A stretch of DNA of 64,000 nt from Paragordius varius (lineage: Eukaryota > Animalia > Nematomorpha), in contig OZ176054.1 of NCBI GenBank assembly GCA_964247055.1, positions 1,612,001-1,676,000 of the forward strand, in the 5' to 3' direction. The position numbers and the translations under genes were made by a program. The notes beneath the pieces were generated by a model, which was not told where the DNA came from, made no database searches, and worked only from the letters and a program-made list of their open reading frames with translations. Positions within the stretch are counted from its first letter, which is position 1; the number at the start of each line of letters is the position of its first letter. Shown here piece after piece: positions 1 through 11,782 of the stretch.

Positions 1-108
1 TAACGTCCTCTCATCCCCACCGTTCTTTCCAATCACTCCTTCGGCCTCCCCTTCAACTCGACTACTCCCACAACTACAACATAACGTTAAAAATGTTTTA
101 AAGTTCAT
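1..108 (-). CDS. Partial exon 1 of a second copy of the poly-Cys PAK/STE20-like kinase (runs off the left edge of the window)
   Basis: ATG at 108 reads MNFKTFLTLCCSCGSSRVEGEAEGVIGKNGGDERTL; 34 of 36 residues match exon 1 of the gene starting at 25256. Confidence 0.8.
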   Translation of the reverse strand, partial: MNFKTFLTLCCSCGSSRVEGEAEGVIGKNGGDERTL

Positions 109-450
109 AATATTAAAACACTTTTATGATTCAACAATCAAAGCAAGGTTTTATATAGGCTTTAATCGTTAGATATATTATGATGTCATTTAGATAAACA
201 AAGTCACACATAAGAATAACCCTAATTAAAACAACTTGTTAGTATTTAGGGAAAAAAGTTGTAAAATATTATAAATATGTGTGTCATATCATGCATTTAT
301 TATGTTGATTATTAGGCTGATTTATACTAAATGCAGTTCTAACTGTATGAAATATTATATCCAATTTACAATGGTTTATAATTTAAGAGGTGGGTATTGC
401 ATTTTAGACGTATGAAGTAATGTCTTAAACTAAAATGTATTTGGCTACAA

Positions 451-1547
451 GTTGTTGTTGTTGTTGAGCTTGTAATCGGTTATCGACCATTAGCGATTTT
501 GTAGGAAAACTTCCTCCATTCGGTTCTGTCGTGAGCTTTTTGAGATAGTTTTTGCAGTGACAATTTGGAAAGAAGATTCTTCTACCCAGCGAATACGTCT
601 GCGTCCTCTTCCTCTCTTACCATTAACTTTTCCTAACCTAATATCCTTTTCCAAATTGCCCCGAATAATGTGTCCAAAGTAACCGAATTTTCGTTTTATT
701 ATTTTACCCCGAAGCGTTGTTTGTGCATTAATTTTATTTACAATGTCGATGTTCTTTATTTTGTCCTTCCATGTTATACCAAGTATTTTTCTCCAGCAAA
801 ACATTTCAAAAGCGTTTATTTTTTTTCGTCTTCAATTTTGATAGTCCAGCTTCATCCGTATAACATGATAGGAAATATTAATGCGTTTATTAGGCGGATT
901 TTTTTAAGGGTTATGTCATGAGATTTCCATATCTTGTAGTGTGAGGCTAGAGCGCATTTGGCGATAGCTAGTCTTCTTATTTCTTGGGAACTGGAGCTTG
1001 AGTTGTTGATGATGCTTCCAAGGTATGTGTATTCGTTGACTACTTGAATTGTTTCGTTAATAATCCGAAGCGAGTCATAGGAATGAGGGGAGTTTATATG
1101 CAATATTTTAGTTTTGTTGAGGTATAATGTAAGATTGTATTTTTTGCACACATTTATGAAAGTTTGGAGACTGTTTTCGAGGTTTGTTTGTGAATTTGCT
1201 AAGATAACCGTGTCGTCTCCGTAGTGGAGAGTCGTCAGAGGACCCCCTACTTTTATTCCTGGCAGATTTAGATCCCTCATGATACATTCCAAATATATGT
1301 TGAACAACATGGGGGATAAAATGCAGCCTTTACGCAGACCTATGTTCATTGGACTCCAAGAGGTCGGGCCATGCGGGGTGTTAAGTGATAGTAGGAGTTG
1401 GAGTATATGGATTTAATTAGTTTGATTAAGTGATCGGAACTATTTGTTTATGGGCCTTCCAGAGAATGTCATGTTGAACGGTACCGATAGGCCACATATA
1501 GATACGACATCGAACAATTTTCACTGGATACAATCAGCCTTTTAGAA
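451..1547 (-). mobile_element. 5'-truncated, frameshifted RTE-clade non-LTR retrotransposon (RT C-terminal half)
   Basis: GLRKGCILSPMLFN, HYGDD, YTYLGS and RKILGITWKD...YFGHIIRG...GKRGRGRRRIRW motifs in ORFs 852-1349 and 490-804; (CAA)n 3' tail at 451-466. Confidence 0.9.
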
Positions 1548-3875
1548 TCTGTATATTTATCAAAATGGAAAGTGGTGGCTTTGTTATCTTTCCGAAACCG
1601 GTAGACCCATTTAAATCCAAATGTCGAAAAAATATGACATTAATAAATGCCCCGACATATGCTTTGCGTTTTTTTGAATTAGCCCCCAGTTTGGGCCCAC
1701 CCCGTGTAAAAACGGTTTTTTGAAAACAAAAGTCTACAAAAATAGTGTCTTTGAGACAATTTTCCGGAAAACATGTTGGACCATTCGATTTCAAATATAA
1801 TTTTTTTTCATTTTTGCGATTGGGCCGAACATGGTCAGCTCGACCTTTAATTTTAGGCCCTCTTTTCACCCGCTCCACCCGTATAATGCCACTTTTTCAA
1901 GTCCACAAAAAAAATTTTTTAACCTATTTTTCGCCTAAGTTATGAGACCGTAAAAATTCAATGTTCCAGGTATTCCCTGTTAAATGTCAAAAATTTAAGT
2001 CGTGCGTTTTTTTATATTGGCTGCTGGGTAAACAGATACCCGCTAAAAACTGCCCGTCATATCGATATAGCGTGCCTTTGGGGCTGAATTTCAGACCTAT
2101 TAATATGAGTGCAATAGGTTCTTGAAATATTACCCGTAACAAGGAAAAAATTTAGGTCGAACGGTTTTTTAAAATTAGCCGTTAATTAGGCCTTTCATGC
2201 CCAGAAAAATGCGCTACCATAGTAAGATTTTTTATTTTGAGACAATTTTTCCCACAACTAATAAGAGCATATGGAATCAATCATGATCCCAGAGTCAATA
2301 TTTTAATCAAGCTTTTATTGTATCAGCCTCTGGCAAGAAAGCTACCCGCCTAAAACTGCGCCTCTATATCGCAATTGCGTTGTTTAGAAGTTGATTTTCA
2401 GAATACTTATCAGGCCACATAAGTTTTATAAAGGCCTGAAATTTTTTCTCTAAAAAGGCAAAATTTAAGTCGAGCGGTTTTTTAAAATTAGCGCTTAAAT
2501 AGGCCCTTTACGCCCTAAAAAATGCGCTATCATTGAACCAATATTTAGTTTTGAAGCCTATCTTCCAAAAACTATTAAACACATAGCGAATGAATGATGA
2601 TTCCACGTATTCCGTATAAAGACAAAATTATTATCGAACTACATTTTATATTGGGCTCAACCATTTCGATACAGCTTGGCTTTGGAACCAAATTTCAGAA
2701 AACCTATGAGACTATGTAAGTTAAATAAGGGCCTAAAATTATTACCCCTTAAAAAACAAATATTTTAGTAGAGTGGTGTTATTTTAAATAGGCCCTGGCC
2801 CTGGAAAATGCGCCACCATAGAATGACTTTTTGGTTTTGATCAATTTTCCGAAAATCCCATGAGAGCATATGAAATCAATAATGATTCTAGGTATTACCC
2901 GAATTAAGGCAAAAATTTTAATCGAGCGTTTTTGTTTCGCCCTGGTTAGGGGGATACCTGCGTAAAACCGCGTCATCATATACAGCAGCCTTTGGAGCCA
3001 TTTTTCAGAAAAAGAGACTAATAAAAACATATGTACCCATGATAATTCCAGATGTTCCCCATATAAAGGCAAAAATTTTGCCCAACGCTTTTTTTATACC
3101 TACCTCTGGTAGCTGCGCGACTATATAGAAATACATTGTTTTCGAGCTATTTTATAGAAAATTTAAGAAGTCAGATGAACTCATTAAAAGCTAAAAATAT
3201 TAACCGTAACCTGATAAAAATTAAGATTGAGCTCATTAGCCGTTAATTTGGGGCCTTTATGCTCTTAAACATACGCCATCAAAAAGATTATTTAGTGTTG
3301 AGGTATTTTTTCGAATAACCCATGAGACGATGGTATCAAAGATGATTCCAAATATTTGCCCTATAAAGGCAAATAATTTAACTCAGCGCTTTTTCCATAT
3401 GAGTCTATAGGAGACTCCGGTTTAGAACTGAGACGCCATACAAAAATGGCTTGGTTTTGGAGCTAATTTTTAAAAACCTAAGAAGCAATACAAGTTCAGT
3501 TAAACACATTTATCGGGAGTTCGTATAATATCATTCTTTCCTTTAAAAGGGATCACAAATGATTTACTTTCATATCCCTTGATCCCAGTTATGTGAAAAC
3601 TTTCAAAATAAAACTTTTAACCATGATTTCGTAAAAGGAAAATCTTAAAATAAACCAATGATAGTTGAATATTAACATTAAGTGACAGTTTAAATATGGT
3701 CAATTCAGTAAACAATATTTGAGCCTATGCAAAAACCCTAAAAGAATAATTAAAGACATACTTTTTATTAAATATGTTTTTTATTATTTTTTTATATTTC
3801 CTCAATTTATTGCAAATTATTAAGAATAATTATCCGTGAGACTATATCACAGCGAAGCGTAGCAAGGCCCGCTAG
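1548..3875 (+). mobile_element. Non-autonomous Helitron-like element, copy 1
   Basis: Starts A|TC (1548), ends CTAG|T (3875), GCGAAGC mini-hairpin near the 3' end, no TSD; homologous copies at 26722-28999 and 53442-56072. Confidence 0.8.
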
Positions 3876-4012
3876 TAAAAAATAAAATATTGAATAACAC
3901 AGAAAGCAACCGTAAATATAAAAAAATTGACCAATATAAATAATAAAATTCTCCCAAATATCAGTCTATTTAATCAATTATTATGTATGGAAATCAAAGC
4001 ATTGATCCATTA

Positions 4013-5147
4013 CACTAGTCGACAAAATTGGGCATTTTTAAGCACCACCACTCAAACTTTTTAAATTATGACTAATTTCAGTGTTTTAAAATCGAATGTG
4101 AAAAAAAATTTGATCCCGCCAATCAGAATTTTTAAATTTTATAGGTTTTTCAATTTTTCAAAAACAAGAGAAAATCGAGAGAAAATTAAATATAACTTTA
4201 TAATAAAATGTTATTATATTATAAACTTAATATCATTTAATAAAGCGTTTTAAACTCTATCTTTTGAATATAAATATGTCATTTAAATATCAGAGAGAAA
4301 AAAATAGTACGGACTTAAACGTCAAAATTTAGTCTTTTTTTCAAGTGAATTTTTAACACATATAAAAATTTTTTTAAAAAAATACTAAAAAGGCATTCTA
4401 TGGTTTAAACCTTCGGCTTTCAGATAGGCTATATTTTTTTTGTTAGATTTCGTTCTTTCGAGTACTTATTAGGCTTTTTCTCTTGGTTGGTTTTTATAAA
4501 ACTTTATTTATACCTAGTGGATATACCTTAATCTTTTAAAATTATTGGTTGTTTTGTATTTTGAATTTCAGATGGATATTGTGTAGCCACTTTTAGTAGA
4601 ATTTACTGTTATGGGGTTGGACCATTTGTATTTACCTAATTTATATTCAATTTAATTCTAGAATTTATCTAACTTTATTCTGTAAATTAGTTAATTTGAC
4701 ATGTTAATTTGCCACGATTTTGCTTGCAAGTCTCTCTTATCGGACTTTACGATTACTTATTGTTATCTTTGTCATATCTGGCATAATTATAGGATCGCTG
4801 GGGGGATATGCAGAGCTTGTGCAGCCGCCCATATCTATCACACTATACATAAGCCCCTTTTAGATTTTTAATACTTTGGCTCTTAGCTTGTTTAGTATCT
4901 TATTTAATGTCTAGAATTTGTTATCCATGCATGGAATATTACTTGTATCGACTTGCTTGTTTGAATATTTAAACATATGTACACAAGGAATGATTGTTAT
5001 TTTTGAATTAAATACAAATTTAAAAATTAAATTTTGGAAAAATCCTATTGGTGGCCTCAATTTTCTTTTTTGTTTTGGCCTTTCCATGCAATTAGGTATC
5101 AGAAAATGCAAAAATAATGGGGTGGTGCAAAACCTTGTTGAGCAGTG
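4013..5147. mobile_element. Non-autonomous CACTA/CMC-type DNA transposon (1135 bp)
   Basis: Imperfect TIRs CACTAGTCGACAAAATT / AACCTTGTTGAGCAGTG; TTA TSD at 4010-4012 and 5148-5150; empty site with a single TTA at 29133-29135 in the duplicate. Confidence 0.85.
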
Positions 5148-7847
5148 TTATCATATTAATGGGCATATAGGATTATCGATTGATAAAACTTTGGGGATCC
5201 GAGAGCTAAAAATGTTGACTGGGTCAGGTAAAATTTCCTTGTAGTTTTAAAATAAAGATATAAATGGTTGTGAGATATTTGACACATGCCGAAAATTATT
5301 CATACTTTGTGATTCCCCAATCTAAGCCAATTTAAGTATTCGATTTATGGCTATACGGAGGACCATTCTTTTCCATCCAACACGGTTTATTAATAGTTAA
5401 ATTGAATATTCTATTCATTTAATTTATCGTTAGTTAGGCATGAATAGGAGCTTTGAGAGTTTGATATGTATCCATATTGACAAAATATTCTAACTTCATA
5501 CCGTTGTTATGGCACGCATGTGTTTAAAGTTGATGCATATTATCTTTCTAGTTAATGCCTAAAATCATAAGCCAACCAACCCCAGATTTGATAAGTTTTC
5601 ATAAGTGTCCATGCTTCGCAGCTTAAAGAACGTAAAGAAACATTTACAAAATTGAATGGTTATTCCATATTTAATCGAGGTTGAAAGCTCAGATTTTTGG
5701 ACATTCGTATTGTAGCTTTATGGGTTTAAATGCTTTTTCTATTTTTTATTTTTTTTGTACAAGAAAATAATAGGCCAACTTATCTTGATTCTATAGGGCC
5801 ATCATGGGTATCTGATATTCCCATGCAAAATTTAATAATCAACATCAATAGTTTAATATCCTTTAATGCATTAGATGGAATCCACGGATTCTTGCCAAGA
5901 ATTGGAGTCAATTCTTAAAAGTCTTGAATTACCTTCATTAAGTGTAGTCAGTAAAATTATCATATTGTTACTCATTATTATTGGTTGACAAAATAGTACC
6001 TAGCGAATCTTATGCAGTTAATTAAACCATTTTTATACTATTTTATTTTGGGAATTTAACATTCTTCCGATGTTTACCCAAAAGATTGTAAGGTTAGAGT
6101 CTTGTACAATAAATTACCCAATCTGATCGAACAGATATGTTCAGAGGCATAAGAATGACAGAAGAGGTGTTTTTATAATATTTAATGTTTTTGCTATATT
6201 TACATTTACTTTAAAATATAATGAAATACAGGTCAAAAATTTAATCAAAACAGAATTTAATATAGATTGTTTTGTCTTTTAAAAGATTAAAATTTATCTT
6301 GAGCTAACAACCAAATTTTTAATTTTAATCTTTTACCTTGGTCCTATGAGTAATTGCCATAGAATATGTATTTTAAATGGCTTGTATGATAACGAAATCA
6401 CAGAAAATATGTACACACAGTGCGTACAAAAATATCCATTCTAAAAATATATTAGGGTATTCATAATGATTTTTGGGCGAGTTTCAAGAAAGTTATTTCC
6501 ACTTTTGTGGAAATTGCGTCATATAGGTGGGAATAGCGCCTAAAATCATATAATTTTTGGTAAAAGTTTAAGTTTATAAAAATAGTTTGTTATTAATTAC
6601 AAAATTTATTAATTTAGCACTTAATTACATTTTTACGTACATCATATTTTGAGGCACCAGCTCTTATTGTAAATATCTTAAAAATTATCAACTATTGTTC
6701 TTTTATTTTTAATACCATGCTTGAAATTACCAAATTTCGCTTCAACAATATTTTTCTAATAAATTAATTTTTTTAACAAAATATATATAATTTTACTGGC
6801 CCGTTTTAAAGGGGTCAAAAAACTTAAAATTTCAGAGCCCAAATAAAAAAAATTAAAATTAAAATATATAGCCTCAAATATAGTGTATGTATGATATATG
6901 TTTTTGGAATGATGCAAAATTTATATAGCATATGATGAGTTATTTTTGCGATTTTTATCATATGGAACATTTAGGACAAAAAGTGTGAATATTATTCCTG
7001 AACTATAGCCTAAAGCTAAACCATAAGCACCATGAGATACCTATTTGGCAGAATATAATTAAGGATATTATTTGTTGCATTGCACTGATACTAATTAAAT
7101 TATTAATAAGAAAAGCGGAAATCATAGATAAGTCAAATTATACTCAATTTATATACGAGGAGATTATATTTTGTATTTGTCTGTATTTGATTTTGAATAA
7201 TCAATTATATTTATAAATATAATTGCATGACTTCAAATTTACCTGTAGATATCGCTTAAAATTTATTTATTTTATACATAATATATCTTAAGAAGATTTT
7301 TTTCTTCAGTTTCTATGGTACATTTCGACAGTTGTATGAAATCAATTATGACTTTATAATAATTTTGCGGTGCACATAACATCTTCATGGGAGTCTATAA
7401 TATATAATAAATAAACAGAATCATTATCAAATAAAATATTTTATTTAGACAGTGTATTAAATAAATATTATTGTCCATAGTTTAATGACTAAATAACACC
7501 AGGTTTCAGTAATATACTGATAATAAGTTCAATACAAATCAAGATATTTGATTACTAAAAAGACTACGAAAGTCAAATTTATCTTTTTAAACTAAATTTT
7601 ATATTTCAGTTAGTGAAGCCAACATTAATAGTAGTTATCAATGGATTCACTTTGTTCTAAGTAATATTTTTTAAAAATTGTCTATATGATATATTTAAAA
7701 CTAAAATACAAACATATAAATACAAGATAATATAATATTGTATAATATTGTTTTGGACAATTAGTTCTATTTACATATATGAAACAATTTAATAGCAAAG
7801 CTAATTATAAAGTTAATTAATAGATATGAAATTTGGCAGAAACTAAA

Positions 7848-8095
7848 TTATTTGTGAGGTCCAATTCTATGAATGTTGGACAATTTTATTATGGCATCTA
7901 CGGTGAGGAAGGGCTTTACAACACACAACAAATGTTTGTTTTAATAATAGAATTTTTGATTTACATATTTTTATGAATTTGGATACTTAGGGACGGCTTT
8001 GAGCGTCCCCCAAATACAGATTGATGAAACGTATAAAACTTTGACTGCAAGTAGGGATTTTCGGCTTGGCCCGGGTCATTATCTCTTAGATAATC
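7848..8095 (-). pseudogene. Degraded paralog of kinase exons 11-12
   Basis: After ttttag reads II*EIMTRAKPKIPYLQSKFYTF...RP (compare IKQTMIAQGKPWIPPTSQVFYEF...KRP). 7913-7848 reads PFLTVDAIIKLSNIHRIGPHK* (HPFL-like, similar length to exon 12). Confidence 0.55.
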
Positions 8096-8601
8096 TAAAA
8101 AATAATTTTTTTAATATTTAGCATAAAAGCAAAAAATACATCAATAAACTCTATAGAAAATTTAACTGATTTTGTCAGATGAGGTAATCATCGATTAGCT
8201 TTCCATTCACCATCACAATAAGTTTGTGGGAAAGTACACTGAAGTTCCGAAAATTATGTTGGAAAATAGGATAGCGCATGATGATAAGCATAAGCTAAGA
8301 TGCTGTTTATTAACCTCCATATATGAGAGGAGAGAGGTTTTTTAAGAAGTTCTACTTAATATTTTTTGTTATTAATTAATTCAGTCCATAATTGTATGAT
8401 AAATAATTTTTGTTGAAACAAATTCCCAAGATATCAATTGAGGCACATTGATTTCATTTAATATGGTTCACAATGAGATGGTTAAATAAGAGTATACCTT
8501 CTGACTATTCCGTCTCACCCAAGTCATAAAAATTCTTTTCTTCCACTTGGCACAGCAGCCCTTACGATTCCTTTCAGAACCGCCTGACGTCCCCTCATCA
8601 C

Positions 8602-8946
8602 TTTTAACACTGTGTTGTTGTTGTGGTAGTTGTCGTGTGGAAGGAGAAGCGGAAAGAGTGATTGGGAGGAATAATGGTGAGGAGAGGACGTCAGGGGATT
8701 CTGGAAGGAATCACAAGGGCTGCTGTGCCAAGTGGAAGAAAAGGTTGAATTTCTCCCAAAAGAAGCAAGCGGGTGTTCCGTTGAGTAAGACTTTTTAAAT
8801 TTCTTGTTTGCTTTTAATGCAAGTTTAATTCATCTTAATGCTGATTAATTAATGTTTAGATGGCGATGAGAGTGAGGGTGAGCGTCGGAGTAACTGGTTG
8901 GAAAGCTTGAGGAAAACGTTCCGTAAATTAACGGAATTAAACTGAG
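8602..8946 (+). pseudogene. Kinase paralog type Q, exons 1-2, ATG deleted (repeated at 10197-10539)
   Basis: LTLCCCCGSCRVEGEAE...KGCCAKWKKRLNFSQKKQAGVPL, GT-AG intron 8785-8859, exon 2 (N)GDESEGERRSNWLESLRKTFRKLTELN* with the same 87-nt length as exon 2 of the main gene. Confidence 0.8.
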
Positions 8947-9091
8947 GTGAAGTTATGCTAACCGATTTCTTGTTTACTATTACATAAAGGTTAAAATTAA
9001 TATACTCTAAAATTCAAGGTTTATTTAAATTTAATTGTTTAGATGTATAAAATAATTGCCAAACAAAAATATCACAATATAATTATAATCT

Positions 9092-10196
9092 ACTTTTGCG
9101 GGCTCAAAAAAATCACCAGCGCCCTCCTCTTGCGGACATAAAGTACTGTGGCTAACTAAAAAAGATAATAATTTTTTAAAATCTTACAAGGAAATGGTGA
9201 AAATAGTGTGGCAAAATTTATTTAATTCAAACCTTTTTAAACATGATGGGGGAATTTATTACATTAATATATTTAGTTAAGTTAAAAAATATCCATCAAT
9301 AAAAAACACCCCTGTTTGTTATATATTTTGTTATTAATAAATTTTTTTGCATAATTACCTGATTCATCTATAAGTTGTTCTTGCTTTGCATGTGTACGTA
9401 ACGTAAATATCATGTAATAAAACATCAATGACAGGTAATATTTTTTTTATAAATACTATTTAAAACTATCTTAACGCTAATTTAACAGATACGTTGGGAT
9501 GAATAAAGCAAAAAATGAGATTAATGATTTATTTGGTATTATAATCTTGTAGGTACAAAAACCGCCGTTGTTTTCTACCTATATGAATGAAAAACATTAA
9601 AATCTAATTTAATCTCTAAGTTTAGACTTTTGAGAAATGATAAACCATTTATCAACAAGTTTTCTTGATTTTTTAAGAATATTTCTTAGCGTTCTATTTA
9701 TTAGTTGGTAAGGTAACTTTTTACAAGCATATTAAGTTAAATTAAATTATGGTTATGATGCAAATCTAAATCAAAAATAAAATTTTTAAAAGCAATATTT
9801 TGTAAAAAGGGGTTTTTCTTTTGGCATATTACCCATGTTTACTAGACTAATTTTTATGTTTGAACAGTAAAATTTACCAATACCGTAACAGAAAATGTTT
9901 AAAAAATTTTATAGGTTTATTACTTAGACCGGGATGCCGCTTCTTACTAAACACCTTCCTTAATCTTCCCGACCAACTGCGCCGACCCTCACCATCACTC
10001 TCAGCCTCGCCATCTAAACATTAATTAATCAGCATTAGGATGAATTAAACTTGCATTAAAAGCAAGCAAGAAATTTAAAAAGTCTTACCCTGCGGAACAC
10101 CCAATTGCTTTTTTCGGAAGAAATTCAACCTTTTCTTCCACTTGGCACAGCAGCCCTTACGATTCCTTCCAGAATCCCCTGACGTCCTCTCATCAC
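9092..10196 (-). pseudogene. Kinase paralog type R, exons 1 (partial)-4, copy 1
   Basis: DERTSGDSGRNRKGCCAKWKKRLNFFRKKQLGVPQ / DGEAESDGEGRRSWSGRLRKVFSKKRHPGL / DAKQEQLIDES (acceptor lost) / SHSTLCPQEEGAGDFFEPAK at homologous intron positions. Confidence 0.8.
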
Positions 10197-10683
10197 ATTA
10201 ACGCTGTGTTGTTGTTGTGGTAGTTTTCGTGTTGAAGGAAAAGCGGAAATAGTGATTGGGAGGAATTATGGTGAGGAGAGGACGTCCGGAGATTCTGGAA
10301 GGAATCACAAGGGCTGCTGTGCCAAGTGGAAGAAAAGGTTGAATTTCTCCCAAAAGAAGCAAGCGGGTGTTCCGTTGAGTAAGACTTTTTAAATTTCTTG
10401 TTTGCTTTTAATGCAAGTTTAATTCATCTTAATGCTGATTAATTAATGTTTAGATGGCGATGAGAGTGAGGGTGAGCGTCGGAGTAACTGGTTGGAAAGC
10501 TTGAGGAAACGTTCCGTAAATTAACGGAATTAAACTGAGGTGAAGTTATGCTAACCGATTTCTTGTTTACTATTACATAAAGGTTAAAATTAATATACTC
10601 TAAAATTCAAGGTTTATTTAAATTTAATTGTTTAGATGTATAAAATAATTGCCAAACAAAAATATCACAATATAATTATAATC

Positions 10684-11781
10684 TACTTTTGCGGGCTCAA
10701 AAAAATCACCAGCGCCCTCCTCTTGCGGACATAAAGTACTGTGGCTAACTAAAAAAGATAATAATTTTTTAAAATCTTACAAGGAAATGGTGAAAATAGT
10801 GTGGCAAAATTTATTTAATTCAAACCTTTTTAAACATGATGGGGGAATTTATTACATTAATATATTTAGTTAAGTTAAAAAATATCCATCAATAAAAAAC
10901 ACCCCTGTTTGTTATATATTTTGTTATTAATAAATTTTTTTGCATAATTACCTGATTCATCTATAAGTTGTTCTTGCTTTGCATGTGTACGTAACGTAAA
11001 TATCATGTAATAAAACATCAATGACAGGTAATATTTTTTTTATAAATACTATTTAAAACTATCTTAACGCTAATTTAACAGATACGTTGGGATGAATAAA
11101 GCAAAAAATGAGATTAATGATTTATTTGGTATTATAATCTTGTAGGTACAAAAACCGCCGTTGTTTTCTACCTATATGAATGAAAAACATTAAAATCTAA
11201 TTTAATCTCTAAGTTTAGACTTTTGAGAAATGATAAACCATTTATCAACTTGATTTTTTAAGAATATTTCTTAGCGTTCTATTTATTAGTTGGTAAGGTA
11301 ACTTTTTACAAGCATATTAAGTTAAATTAAATTATGGTTATGATGCAAATCTAAATCAAAAATAAAATTTTTAAAAGCAATATTTTGTAAAAAGGGGTTT
11401 TTCTTTTGGCATATTACCCATGTTTACTAGACTAATTTTTATGTTTGAACAGTAAAATTTACCAATACCGTAACAGAAAATGTTTAAAAAATTTTATAGG
11501 TTTATTACTTAGACCGGGATGCCGCTTCTTACTAAACACCTTCCTTAATCTTCCCGACCAACTGCGCCGACCCTCACCATCACTCTCAGCCTCGCCATCT
11601 AAACATTAATTAATCAGCATTAGGATGAATTAAACTTGCATTAAAAGCAAGCAAGAAATTTAAAAAGTCTTACCCTGCGGAACACCCAATTGCTTTTTTC
11701 GGAAGAAATTCAACCTTTTCTTCCACTTGGCACAGCAGCCCTTACGATTCCTTCCAGAATCCCCTGACGTCCTCTCATCAC
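10684..11781 (-). pseudogene. Kinase paralog type R, exons 1 (partial)-4, copy 2
   Basis: Near-identical tandem copy of 9092-10196; forms the left arm of an imperfect palindrome with 11853-12935. Confidence 0.8.
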
Positions 11782-11782
11782 A

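Larger units (their letters stand above)
1..6410. repeat. Segmental duplication, copy A (copy B 25149-30412)
   Basis: Colinear high-identity match at offset 25148 covering kinase exon 1, the RTE fragment, the Helitron and unique flank. Similarity decays after about 6410. Confidence 0.95.

Noticed and set aside
1534-3072. ORFs within the Helitron copies (and 26723-28529)
   Set aside because: No Rep/helicase motifs; the frames are not conserved between copies.
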